Assembly: GCA_963818475.1 (NCBI GenBank)
Contig: CAWFSF010000006.1
Span: 1,376,001-1,440,000, forward strand
Reading direction: 5' to 3'
Source of the DNA: Nitrospirota bacterium
GTDB lineage: Bacteria; Nitrospirota; UBA9217
DNA: 64,000 nucleotides
Shown here: piece after piece, positions 10,418 through 20,657 of the stretch
Position numbering within the stretch: position 1 is the stretch's first letter
Layout of the letters: the number at the start of each line of letters is the position of its first letter
Notes under the pieces: generated by a model
Told to the model about the DNA's origin: nothing
Seen by the model: the letters and a program-made list of their open reading frames with translations, nothing else
The model's database searches: none
Translations under genes and position numbers: made by a program

Positions 10418-11335
10418 TCACGGTTTGTGAAATTGTTTCGCGAAATCCCAGGCAAGTTTACTCGCCGAGATATATCGGCCATCTGAAGCTTTATTATTTC
10501 GTCCATGGCCCCCGGCCCAGGCATGGCCTCCGCCTTTAATTACATACAGGGAGACAGGCGCGCCGTCCTTGCAGTCGTAAGAGGTTGCCTGGACGCCGTC
10601 GTTCAGCATTTTCTGCTCAGGCGACGCGCATTGACGCGGCCTGGTAATGAGCTCCATCGTGTCAGGCACTGATCGGTGCGCAACGTTTGCGAGGCTGTCA
10701 TTGCCCATCCCGCCGGCGAACGGCACGTTTTCGTCGCGGTCTCCGTGAATGTGCAGCACGGGAACATCCTTCGCGCGGTCGCAGTTATCGACGGCGAGGG
10801 TGCCGGACACCGGAATAATGGCGGCTATTTTTTCCGGAATTTCGCATGCAAGACGATAGGCCATCATCGCGCCGTTCGACATTCCGGTAACATAGACGCG
10901 CCGCGTGTCGATTGAGTATCTGGCATGGATATCGTCTATCATTTTATCGATGAACAAAACATCATCGACCTCCTGCTTCACTGCCTGTCCGCAGCAGCGG
11001 CCTGCATTCCAGGTCCTCCGGTTGTGCAGAGCTTTACTGCGGCCTCCGGTCCCCTCCGGATATGCCGTAATAAACCTGCCGGAGTCCGCGATATCGTCCA
11101 TGCCGGTCATTTTTCTCATGTACGCGGCGTTACCGAGGCCGCCATGCAGAACGATCATCAGGGGCTGTCCTTTTTCGACCGCAGTCGACGGCTGGTAAAC
11201 AAGATAGCTTCGTACGGCGCCGTTCACGGTCAGCTCATGGACCATAGCTTTCCCTTTCCCTTCGGCGGCGCCATGGGCAGCCGGAACAAGGAACAAGATC
11301 GAGAACAATGCGATGATCCGAAACAAGAGACACAT
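10418..11335 (-). CDS. Secreted esterase, PHB-depolymerase/LpqP-like family
   Basis: Signal peptide; LHGG; WNAGRCCG; DDVLFI; VYVTGMSNGAMM; HGDRD; GGGHAW. Start taken at ATG 11335 after a GAGGTG RBS. Confidence 0.85.
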   Translation of the reverse strand: MCLLFRIIALFSILFLVPAAHGAAEGKGKAMVHELTVNGAVRSYLVYQPSTAVEKGQPLMIVLHGGLGNAAYMRKMTGMDDIADSGRFITAYPEGTGGRSKALHNRRTWNAGRCCGQAVKQEVDDVLFIDKMIDDIHARYSIDTRRVYVTGMSNGAMMAYRLACEIPEKIAAIIPVSGTLAVDNCDRAKDVPVLHIHGDRDENVPFAGGMGNDSLANVAHRSVPDTMELITRPRQCASPEQKMLNDGVQATSYDCKDGAPVSLYVIKGGGHAWAGGHGRNNKASDGRYISASKLAWDFAKQFHKP

Positions 11336-11394
11336 ACCTGCATTCACCTCTCCGTAAACGACGCGCGTGTCCGGGAAAGCACGGACAGCGGCAA

Positions 11395-12312
11395 TCACGC
11401 GTTTCCGACATCCCGGCCCAGCTGCTCAAGCACGACCTCTTCAACTTCCTTGAGCGAGGCGAGAGAATTGTGCAGTTCCGAAGAGATTGCGTCCAGCCAT
11501 TTGATTTTTACTTCTGTTTTCTCCCGCTCGGCGATGATCTCTTCGAGGGGCGGAAGGACTGCCGGTTTTCCGTTCTGATCAAAAAGGAATTTTATTGATT
11601 CGCCGAGTTGCAGGACGCCGTTGATATGATTCATATGCCCCAGGATGAACCTTTTACGCTTGTTTGACTTGAAATTTCTGATCGCGGCTTCACGCAGGGC
11701 GGCTTCGACGGGGCTGAGCCCCTCCGGCGCTACGGTTACGTGCGGTTCGATCTGGTCCGGGCCGATCTTGTCCCGGTCTCCCATGTCCGAATAATAATCG
11801 GCAATGACCTTTCCCTGGTCACCGCGCACCAGCAGCCCCCATTCGATATCGTTTCTGTGTTCTTTCATGTCCGATTTGAAATCTTCTCCGGTCCGGTACT
11901 CCTGCAGGAAGCTGTCCCCTTTTCTGGTTCGGATCATGGCCGTCAATTGATACCCGCACTTCGGTGTTTCCCGTGGATGGGCCGCTTCCAGGATCAACCT
12001 GTTCAGCCTCTTGATGGCCTGCTGGTCCTGTTGGCTCAAGTCTTTGAACGAACCCTTTCGTTTCTCCGCAGTTTCATCGCGGAGTCCTTTCATTTCATCG
12101 GTCAATTCGAGAGATCTTTTTTCTGTCGCTACGCGGTCAAAGAATCCTGTCTGTTGCAGTATTTCATTGAGCCACTCGACGGTATTCTCGGGAGCGCTCG
12201 TTGCGCCGAGCTCATATTCTTCATTTTTGACCGTCCGGCAGAGCCAGGGAATGTCTTTGTTCTGATTTTTGAACTGATCGTCCGTAAAGTCTATGGATTT
12301 GCCGTTATTCAT
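11395..12312 (-). CDS. Hypothetical protein whose N-terminal ~115-aa domain also occurs inside the M50/HlyD fusion
   Basis: 305-aa ORF in the operon. N-terminus aligns with the protein segment encoded at ~15380-15720. Confidence 0.7.
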   Translation of the reverse strand: MNNGKSIDFTDDQFKNQNKDIPWLCRTVKNEEYELGATSAPENTVEWLNEILQQTGFFDRVATEKRSLELTDEMKGLRDETAEKRKGSFKDLSQQDQQAIKRLNRLILEAAHPRETPKCGYQLTAMIRTRKGDSFLQEYRTGEDFKSDMKEHRNDIEWGLLVRGDQGKVIADYYSDMGDRDKIGPDQIEPHVTVAPEGLSPVEAALREAAIRNFKSNKRKRFILGHMNHINGVLQLGESIKFLFDQNGKPAVLPPLEEIIAEREKTEVKIKWLDAISSELHNSLASLKEVEEVVLEQLGRDVGNA

Positions 12313-12387
12313 GATTTATCACCTGTACGAATTCCTATGGGTCCGATAGTATCTATAAGACGTATGAGATCTGGTCATTAGTGTTTC

Positions 12388-13288
12388 CTACGCATACCCG
12401 AACTCGCGCGCGAGCTCGATCACTTCCGGCCTCAGCTTTTTTCCGTCCTCCCGCCAGGGAACGTCCCTGTCCAGCTGAGGTAGTGCCGGCGTGTGCTGGT
12501 GAAATGCGGGGCCGCGCAAAAAATTAGGATCATTGCCGCATAATGCGGTAATCGGCCCGAAGCAGGCGAAGGGCGACCGTTCCGGATGCATCATTTCTTC
12601 AATTGCAGCCGCATCGTCGCGAATGCCGAGCCAGCGGCAGATGTTCGCCAAATGCCTTCGCGGCTGTTCCATGAGCTCCTCACCCAATATGCACATTTGC
12701 TGGTTTTTCGGCACTCCATGGAGAAAATTCAGAATGTTGATATTTATATCGTGCCAGGCGATTTGCGGATCGACAACGACACGATCGTTCATAAAATCGA
12801 ACGAACTCATTAAATAAGCAAAGACGCCGTAATTCAACGCCATGACCGACTTGCCCTGTGGAATGGGATGACGTATCAGATGAATGAAACGGGCCTCCGG
12901 AAATGCATCGTATATCCGCCTCATCCTTCCCAGGGACAGCGTATACGCGGGGCTTTTTTCAACGACAATGAGGGGGTCTACTCTGGCTGCCAGTTCCTGG
13001 AACACCTCTCCGGTCGTCTTTTCTTCCCGCGCGGCGGCCCAATGTTCGGCCATCGCAATGGTTGCGGATGTCTGCTCTCCCGCATAGATCTGGGCCACGG
13101 CCCTGAGCAATCCATGACGAACGCCCGGTATCTCCATCGAGCCGCTCGCCCCAGAACTCACCGATCGTTTCGACGTTGAACAAGTTCAACTCGGGCATGC
13201 CGAACGCCTGTGGGTGCTGGCCGATCATGGCATTGATCACCGATGTATAGGACCTCGGCGGAGCAAGTAAAAAGAGTGGTGCAGACAT
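12388..13288 (-). CDS. PAPS-dependent sulfotransferase (split by one frameshift near 13120-13155)
   Basis: N-part FLLAPPRSYTS...GQHP...PELNLF (5'-PSB-like loop). C-part VEKSP...FPEARFIHLIRHP (3'-PB region). Confidence 0.8.
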
Positions 13289-13415
13289 AGTTGATCGCCT
13301 CGCAAAAGATGTGATTTAGGGTGAATCGAGTGTAACTGACCAAGCCGGGGGACGCTTGCCAGGGCCGGGAGAATTTACCTTGATCCGTAACCCTGGCCCC
13401 CGAACTCTGGACCTC

Positions 13416-16244
13416 CTAGGGCAGCCAGGACCATACTTCCACCTCGAAGAACCGCACGAGCGCCTTCGTCAACACCTTGGCGATCGGCATGTTGTCGGCG
13501 CTGATTTTGGCGTACCCCGTCATCCCTGATTTTAAAAGATCGTCCTTATTGTCCAGCACCGTAAGGACCTTGACGACCTTCCCGGAGTCCTTCTCGGTCA
13601 CGCCTGCGTCAATTGCCATTACCATGCCGTTAAAGTCGGTATCTGAGTACGAGAGGGGCCGGACCCTTATATTTGAAGATTTTTTAATATAACCGATGTC
13701 AGGCTGAGGTACTTCGATCTCCGCGAACACCTGGGAGGTATTCTGCGCCACGGCGAATAATTCCCCCTTATTCAGGTAATGACCCACTTTTTGCCTCAGG
13801 TTGACGCCTTCCAGACGCCCGTCGAACGGCATGGTTATCATCGACTGGTTTATTTTCTCCTGGTAGTAGTCACGCTCTTCCCGGTAGCTTTGCAGCTTGG
13901 CCTCGGCCGCGGCTATTTCCTGCTTGGTCACTTCCGCTTTGACCAGTTCGAGTTTGGCGCGGTACTCCTTGATCTGCGCAGCGTCGACCTCGAATTCCTT
14001 GCGCTGGTCTTCGAACTCTTCCAGTGAAATAGTATTTTCTTTATACAGCGTTTCGAGGCGGTTTATCTTTTGGCCGCTGAAGTATCCCCGTTGTTCCTGC
14101 ACCTGCAGTGCCCGCCGAGCCAGTTGAAGCTCCTCAGGCTTAGGCCTTGCTCTCAGGTCTTCCACGATCGCCTGTTGCTCATTCACCTTTGCGACGTAAA
14201 TTTTCATCTGTCCCTGGTAATCAACGCTGGAGAGCTCCGCAACCACCGTGCCCTTTGTTATGAATTCTCCGCCGTCGAAGTGGACTTTGCTAATAATGGC
14301 CGAGTTTTCCGTGGTAAGTTCGGACTTCTGGTTCGGCAGGAGAACAAACGTTCCGCCTGGTTCATAATGATAGGGCACAAACAGTCCGGCCGCTATGGTA
14401 CCGACGATGAGCCATTGCACCGGGGTCATCGGCGAACTTTTGCTTTCGGTCTCGGCGGACAGCGTCTCAACATTCGGAAGCGCACGGTTCTTCCACCGGT
14501 CAAACTGCGCCGTCCGCTCATAAGCGGCCGCCACCTGCTTGATCTTTGCGGTCAGGCGAAGCAGCAGCGTCATAAGGACGAGCACGACCAGGAATATGCC
14601 GGCTCCGCCGAGGTGCAATTTCAGCAAATTACCGAAAAACAGGATGAATACGGCGAGTGTCGCCATAATGAACAGGGAAGACGCCAGCGCATAGACAGCA
14701 AGGACGTTGTTATCCGCTTTTCGGTAAACATCGCCGCGCAATTTGTTCACGAGCGCCAGGTACGCCTTCTGCCGAAGCTGCGGTTCATTCAGGACGGCCC
14801 CTAACAACTGAGAACCACTGCTTTTCATCAGGGGGTTTGCAGCCAATAGGAGGGATGCCGCGCCGAGAATGCCCACCATCAACGCAAGCTGCGGCAGGAA
14901 ACCGTTCATGGTCCTTGTGCCGAACCAGATCAGAAGACAGACCGATGCAATACCGACGCGGGCCAGAAGAGGAGCGGCATACAGCCATATACATTCGCGC
15001 CGTGACAGCTGCTTCGTGTGGCCTATTCGCACCATAAAACGGGGGAAAAACCCGAAAAGCAGCATGACGCCGAAGGAATTCACCGTTGCACGGTAGGAAT
15101 ATGCCGTTAATGCCGTCACCAGCACCGCAAACAGATTAACCGTGAACATACTGGTAACGACATGCGCTGCAGAGGTCCACCCCATACGGCTGAAATCCTG
15201 CCCGATAAGGTTCGCGTGGTGAATACCGGTGAAAAGGGCAGCAAGTGCCAGGGCGGGAATCATGTATGCCGCATATTTAAGCTGCGACAGATACGGGTGG
15301 ATGAGCTTTAATGCCCGTGCCGGATTGAATATTTCCCACGAAATAAGGTCAGACTGATCGGCATCGTCGAGATTCCGCCCTTCGGAGCTTCTTTATAGAG
15401 AAGTTCGAGGAGCAATCTGTTCATCCTTCTTATGGCATTCTGTTCTTCGATCTTCAGGTCTTTGAGCACTGCCTTGCGGTTCTTTTCTGTTTGTTCTTTT
15501 AATTTCTTTATTTCGTCCGTTAACACGAGCTTTGCCCGCTTGGCCGCCGCTTGATCCAGCAGATCGGGCGTTTGGAGCACTCCATTGAGCCAGTCAATCG
15601 AATTTTCGGGTGCTTGTATCGAGAGCTGATAGTCCTTCATTTTTTATCGCCCGGCAGAGCTTCTGAATATCCTTATTCTGTTCCTTGAATTCATCAGCAT
15701 TAAAATCTGAAGTATTGAAAACGACCGTAAGGGTCGAAACTCCGGATGTCTGCATTTCTTTCTCGCCGGCGGCGTGGACCGCTTCCGGTACAGGCGACGC
15801 GTGCCCCCCTTGCCGTTACCATTGCCGTTTCCGTTGCCGTTCCCCCCATTGCCGTGGGTTTTGGCGGTTGCCGCCTGGGATGACACGCGCCTGCTGGACA
15901 AGCTGAATCCCCTTCTTTTTATAGAACGCGGCCACCAGGGGGTGCGCATCCGCCGAAGAACCGAACAGCTTTATCTCCTCAACCAGCGAGAACAGTTCTT
16001 CGACTTCTTCGTTCGTTATGGACCGTCCGAAGCGGTCCTCGAAAATCGAGGCAAGTTTCGGGAAGTCGTTGCATACCGGCAACACTTCCAGAACAAAAAA
16101 TTGCCAGGTCTCGAACTGATAGGTCAGGCCTTTCCAGTTGTCCCTCACCCGGTATCTCTGCTGGTCGCCCTCCGTTTCACGAAATGCCACCAGACCCTGC
16201 CGCAGCAATGCGGGAAGCGCCACTCTCTGAGGCTCCTGTATCAT
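13416..16244 (-). CDS. Fusion of PqqD-like N-domain, degenerate M50-peptidase-like membrane domain and HlyD-type membrane-fusion domain (~940 aa, four apparent frameshifts)
   Basis: ORF pieces 15816..16244, 15644..15949, 15308..15640 and 13416..15263 join via 1-bp shifts near 15900, 15806, 15635 and 15378. Multi-TM block is followed by a lipoyl/coiled-coil region and LKSGMTGYAKI. Confidence 0.75.
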
Positions 16245-16323
16245 TTTGTAAACCTCCTTTTTTTTAAATCTGTCGTATAAGACTTATATGTCGAAGGGGA
16301 CTCACCGGTCATCAAACCATTCT

Positions 16324-17775
16324 TCATTGATTCGGTGCAAAAAATACTTCGCAACCTCCCCGCGGATTGTGCACATATCCGTCCCCGTCGAGCGGCAGCA
16401 CTTTCGGCCCGAACGGATTGGCCGTTCCGAGAAAGAGGCCGTGCGGCGAGGAAGCCATGGTTCGCAGTCCGATGTTATACGGGTTGTCCATGCCGTTTTG
16501 GGTCACGGGCACCCAGTTCTCCCCGTCAAAGCTCCGATACAGATCGAAGCCGGATTGCCGCTCAAGGATGAACTGCTCGCCGACCTTGTTCACGATATTG
16601 GTGAACGCCCTCGGCCATGTTTCGCGTCGTGCGTATCCGAGGGCGAAGCTCCAGCCGAAAGAAGAAAGGTACAGCCATCCGTTGTGCTCGCACATGCGCC
16701 AGAAATAACCGTTAAAAAAATTGTCGAACCCGGGCAGATACCCGGAAAGGGGGTTTTTATGGCCGTCGGGAGTATCGCGTTCCTCTCCAACGATCAGGTC
16801 CCAGTGCTTGTCAGGGAAAATACGGATCAGCTCGGCCGCTGCCGGCCCGATTTTGTTCTGCCGGTCGACACCGCCGCCCTGTATCCCGCTTCCGACATAG
16901 AGGGCGCCCTTGAACGGGTACATGCTCAGGACGCATTGATTGAAGGCGCCCCGATACGCCCCGCGTTCGATGATTTTTTCCCAGTGATAAGGCTGTTCCC
17001 CTTCCGCTGTTGTGCGCCATACCTGATAGCCGTCAAGATTGAACGTGCCGGCATACAGGTGATCGCCCAGAGCAGCCATTTCAAAAATACCTTTATTGCC
17101 GAGGTCCCCGAACCCGAAATCGTTAATCGGTTCCCACCGGCCAAGAGCCGGGTCCCTGCTTTCGTATATTACGGAATGCCCTGATACATTCGGGTTTCCG
17201 CCGCGGGAGCCGGCCGGCGTGGTATACATCCGTCCTTTAAACTGGGTGAGCGAGCGTATCGTTGTCACCGGCAGCCCTATCAAGCCGGGCTCGCAGGTTT
17301 GTTCGAAGTTCCTGCCGTCCTCGGACCGGAGCAGGACCGGCCCGGGTCCCTTGGCTGGGGACCAGGTGCTGACATAGAGCGCCGGTGCACGGTCCTTCTC
17401 GGCCTGATAGACCAGCATCGCGCGATACGACAGATCCCGCGGAATGGGCTTGCCGTGGCTGCCGGTAATGGTCGGGGACTTATGCACCCTTTCCCAGGTG
17501 TCACCTTCCGGGCTGTAACGCCATATCTCAGCGCGCAGATCCAGATCGAAAGGATTCTCCGGACATTCCACCGGCCATGGATCAAGACCTATCGGCATGC
17601 GCGACTTCATCAAGGGGAAATTTCCTCGCATGGTGCCTACGAAGAGGCAGCCGTTGAACCATGCCATTGAATGGGCATAATTATTGAGCCCGTCGCCGAA
17701 GCCCTGGCACGCGATCAGCTTGAAATCCTTCTGTGAACATCCGGGGGGGATGAACAGTTTGTTCGTTACATTCAT
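16324..17775 (-). CDS. Cytoplasmic repeat/beta-propeller-like protein
   Basis: No signal peptide. Repeated GFGD/GFDN..N.Y..SM..F.G.LYVGT units and C-terminal NPYNIGLRTMASS. Confidence 0.75.
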   Translation of the reverse strand: MNVTNKLFIPPGCSQKDFKLIACQGFGDGLNNYAHSMAWFNGCLFVGTMRGNFPLMKSRMPIGLDPWPVECPENPFDLDLRAEIWRYSPEGDTWERVHKSPTITGSHGKPIPRDLSYRAMLVYQAEKDRAPALYVSTWSPAKGPGPVLLRSEDGRNFEQTCEPGLIGLPVTTIRSLTQFKGRMYTTPAGSRGGNPNVSGHSVIYESRDPALGRWEPINDFGFGDLGNKGIFEMAALGDHLYAGTFNLDGYQVWRTTAEGEQPYHWEKIIERGAYRGAFNQCVLSMYPFKGALYVGSGIQGGGVDRQNKIGPAAAELIRIFPDKHWDLIVGEERDTPDGHKNPLSGYLPGFDNFFNGYFWRMCEHNGWLYLSSFGWSFALGYARRETWPRAFTNIVNKVGEQFILERQSGFDLYRSFDGENWVPVTQNGMDNPYNIGLRTMASSPHGLFLGTANPFGPKVLPLDGDGYVHNPRGGCEVFFAPNQ

Positions 17776-17815
17776 ATTGGGGTCTCGTGAAATTCAAGAA
17801 CAAGTCAACAGCTTG

Positions 17816-17894
17816 TCCGCAGATTTCGCAGATTTCGCGGATGAAAAAAAAGAGCTTATTTATTCTTTTTTATACTATCAGCGTAATCTGCGGA
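17816..17894. repeat. Intergenic palindrome built from 9-mer units (CGCAGATTT/AATCTGCG)
   Basis: TCCGCAGATTTCGCAGATTTCGCGGAT ... ATCAGCGTAATCTGCGGA. Confidence 0.7.
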
Positions 17895-17922
17895 TAAAAT
17901 GGACTCAAAAAAATCATAAACA

Positions 17923-18987
17923 TTACTTCTCAATTCCTCTCGGAACGACTCCAGACTGCTGAGTCCCAAAAAAAGCTTTCGCGTGATTCAGATCATCAAA
18001 CGGTCCTTTTCCCGGCGTTTCTCTCGTATCCAGAAACCACTTGCCTTCCCGGGTATAGAACCGGTCGCTTCGAAAGTACCGCTTGCCGGAGTCCCCTCTT
18101 CTCCGGGGGACCTCATCGAGGAGCGCCCCGTTCCAGAACTGGCGGCATATTTCCATGAACTCGTCGGGGCGCGTGACCGGAAAGAAATGGCCTGCTCCGC
18201 GGATCCTGCGAAAATCTGCCTGAGGCCACACCTCCAAAATCTGTTCTCCGGTTGTCATTGCCGGAGAGTGCTCTCCGTACACGGCCAATATCGGGAAATT
18301 GAGCTTCCGCAACTTATCCAGCGATAAACCGTCATCGCCCATCAATTCTTTCCCTGCCCGGGTCGTCTTGATTAATTGCAGCCAGGCGCTAGCCGTGCGC
18401 GAACTGTTTTTTCCCATGAGCGGGCGGACCATATCTTCGAGCTCCCGGGTAATCGCCGCGTTCCCGAGTTTCAACCGGGCCACTTCGGTCAACAGCCGGT
18501 AGCCGAAACAGGGGTCGGTGACATCTATCTTCAGTTTGTTCTGATCCAGAATTCGCTGGATCTTTTCTCCGAATTCCCATCCCGCATGTCCTGCCCGGCG
18601 GACCGCGTGGATCTGCGTGTCGAGAACCATCAGACTTGCGAACCGGTCAGGGTTCCGGCAGGCGAGGTTCAACGCCACTGCGCCGCCGAAGCTGTGGGCT
18701 ACAAAATGAGCTCGCTCGATGTCGAGTCGGTCGAGAAGCTGCTCAAGATCAAGGGCCATATTCGCAACTGTATAGCCGCTTTCGGTGGTGCCTGACCGCC
18801 CGTGCCCGCGCAGATCGAATAACGTAACGCGGTAGCGCTTCGAAAACGCGGGCGCATGGGTGAAGTACCAGAAAGCAAGATTCGTGGCCAGTCCGTGCAC
18901 CATGACCAGATCTTCACAATCTTCCCCTGAATCGCACGGGATCCGGACGTAATTGATGCGGACACCGTTGACGTCAGCGAACGGCAT
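17923..18987 (-). CDS. Alpha/beta hydrolase (possible thioesterase) with C-terminal DUF6316-like domain
   Basis: HGLA, DLRGHG, AHSFGG and GAGHFFP motifs. Tail RRGD...RSDRFY...GKWFLDTRE...GPF. Confidence 0.8.
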   Translation of the reverse strand: MPFADVNGVRINYVRIPCDSGEDCEDLVMVHGLATNLAFWYFTHAPAFSKRYRVTLFDLRGHGRSGTTESGYTVANMALDLEQLLDRLDIERAHFVAHSFGGAVALNLACRNPDRFASLMVLDTQIHAVRRAGHAGWEFGEKIQRILDQNKLKIDVTDPCFGYRLLTEVARLKLGNAAITRELEDMVRPLMGKNSSRTASAWLQLIKTTRAGKELMGDDGLSLDKLRKLNFPILAVYGEHSPAMTTGEQILEVWPQADFRRIRGAGHFFPVTRPDEFMEICRQFWNGALLDEVPRRRGDSGKRYFRSDRFYTREGKWFLDTRETPGKGPFDDLNHAKAFFGTQQSGVVPRGIEK

Positions 18988-19049
18988 GACAGTGGAACCC
19001 CTTCTACAATCTCGTCCTAACGGGAATTGGCACTGCGGCGCCCCGATTG

Positions 19050-20636
19050 CTATTCCATATACCCCAGCATCTGGAGCTGACCCATTATTTGATCACGTTC
19101 GTCATGGGACATTTTTTCCGTGTCCCCAACCATCACTTCAGCGTTTGTCGCGGCTCCCCTTCTCACTGGTCTTTCCGTCAGATGCTGCAGGGTGAAGATC
19201 GATTCAGGGACGCTGCCCTCGAAATCTGCCGGCACTTCAAGGCCCAGGCTGTACAATAAGACGGCGCCTACATCGTAAATTTGCCGGGCCTCGGTGATTT
19301 CTCCCCGCTTTATCCCCTGGCCGTAGGCAAAAAACACTCCTTCGGGGTGATGAGTGCCGGCGATGTCCCTGCGCCGCTCCACTACGGGCAGCTTGTCTTT
19401 GATCGAAACGAAGCCGGAGTCCCGAAGCCGGAGCAGCAGGTCAGGTGCGTCATTCATCGCAGGACCGGAGAATACATCTTCGCGTTTATATATTCCTGTT
19501 ATTATCCGCTCGCCTGTTTTCGGGTCCCGCAGGTCTTCAAGGTCCACGATCAGCCGGTTCCTGAAGATGTCGTACGCTTCCGGTTTGATCCCCCCGTCGC
19601 CGGGTTTTTTCGCGACGCGGATCGTTATGCCGTTGCTCGACGGAGTCCGGCAGTAAGCGGTCGTATTTTTCCAGTCAAGATTCGCGAACTGAGTGCCTTC
19701 GCGTCGTGCGGCTTCCGGGGTATCAGGCATCTGTCTCCAGTGCAAATATCCTTTTTTATGCAGATACGCATTGATGCGCACGATCTCGTACGTGCCGGAA
19801 AATCCGTGATCTGACGCAAAAAACACCTGCACGTCTGGTCCGGCCGCCGTAATAAGCTTCTCGATGAACCCGTCGAGCTGCCTGAAATAGTCCAGGCACA
19901 GGCCGCGCATGCGGCAATGATACTCGCTCAGTTCTCCCGACTGGAGCGCGGGATCGAGGTAAAGCCATGCCTGATGCTGCAGTTTATCGACGCCGTCGAA
20001 CATGACAGCCATGAGATCCGGAGCTTCCTCGGAAACGAGATATTCCGCTATCCTGAACCACTGTTTCTCGCGCGGCAGATGATACCGGACCCAGTTTTCA
20101 CGCTCTTCATCGGAAATGACCTCGAGCGCCTTTTGCTCCTGTCCAAAATCCCATGCCAGTTCTTTGGGATTGAATCCGGGCACTGCCTTAAGCCGGTCGT
20201 AAAAATCGTCGGGTTTCGTATTACGGCGCAAGTGCCTCCAGGGAACGAACCCGGGGACCATAAAGCCGTTCAAATTCGCGGGTGGAGGCGCTGTGAACGG
20301 GAAATTAAGCGCCGCGATCTTCAAGCCGTTCCTGTTGGCGATCGACCATATCGTCTCTGCCCTGTTATCCCGCGCGTCGTACAGCGTGAAGAACACATCC
20401 TCGCCGGTCTCTTCAGCCCGGATGAAATCAAAGATGCCGTGCTGCCCCGGGCTTTTCCCGGTCATCAGGGACACCCATGCTGGCGGGGTCAGTGGATTCG
20501 GGGTCGAAAGCAGTTTGCTTCGCGCGCCTTCCGCGTAGATCTTCGACAGAAACGGCATTATCGCCGGATTGCCTTTCGTAAGCTCGTCCAGGATCGTGAA
20601 GGTTGCACCGTCAAGACCGATAAATAAAGTACGCAT
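19050..20636 (-). CDS. Alkaline-phosphatase superfamily protein (type I phosphodiesterase/nucleotide pyrophosphatase-like)
   Basis: IGLDGATF; PLTPPAW.S..TGK.PG.HGIFDF; DKLQH; SDHGF; GTHHPEG; C-terminal LQMLGYME. Confidence 0.88.
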   Translation of the reverse strand: MRTLFIGLDGATFTILDELTKGNPAIMPFLSKIYAEGARSKLLSTPNPLTPPAWVSLMTGKSPGQHGIFDFIRAEETGEDVFFTLYDARDNRAETIWSIANRNGLKIAALNFPFTAPPPANLNGFMVPGFVPWRHLRRNTKPDDFYDRLKAVPGFNPKELAWDFGQEQKALEVISDEERENWVRYHLPREKQWFRIAEYLVSEEAPDLMAVMFDGVDKLQHQAWLYLDPALQSGELSEYHCRMRGLCLDYFRQLDGFIEKLITAAGPDVQVFFASDHGFSGTYEIVRINAYLHKKGYLHWRQMPDTPEAARREGTQFANLDWKNTTAYCRTPSSNGITIRVAKKPGDGGIKPEAYDIFRNRLIVDLEDLRDPKTGERIITGIYKREDVFSGPAMNDAPDLLLRLRDSGFVSIKDKLPVVERRRDIAGTHHPEGVFFAYGQGIKRGEITEARQIYDVGAVLLYSLGLEVPADFEGSVPESIFTLQHLTERPVRRGAATNAEVMVGDTEKMSHDERDQIMGQLQMLGYME

Positions 20637-20657
20637 GATCAAGTCCTTTCCTGTTCG

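Noticed and set aside
6696-13381. Exact 16-bp inverted match AAGGTAAATTCTCCCG (6696-6711) / CGGGAGAATTTACCTT (13366-13381), as possible IS ends or a shared operator
   Set aside because: About one 16-mer match is expected by chance in 64 kb over both strands. There is no transposase or target-site duplication. It could still be a regulator site, but nothing supports that.
15806-15860. Gly-Asn repeat (GNGGNGNGNGNGNGKG) as a phase-variable or RiPP precursor element
   Set aside because: The codons are heterogeneous and it sits in a low-complexity linker between compensating indels. No leader/core structure or RiPP maturase is nearby.
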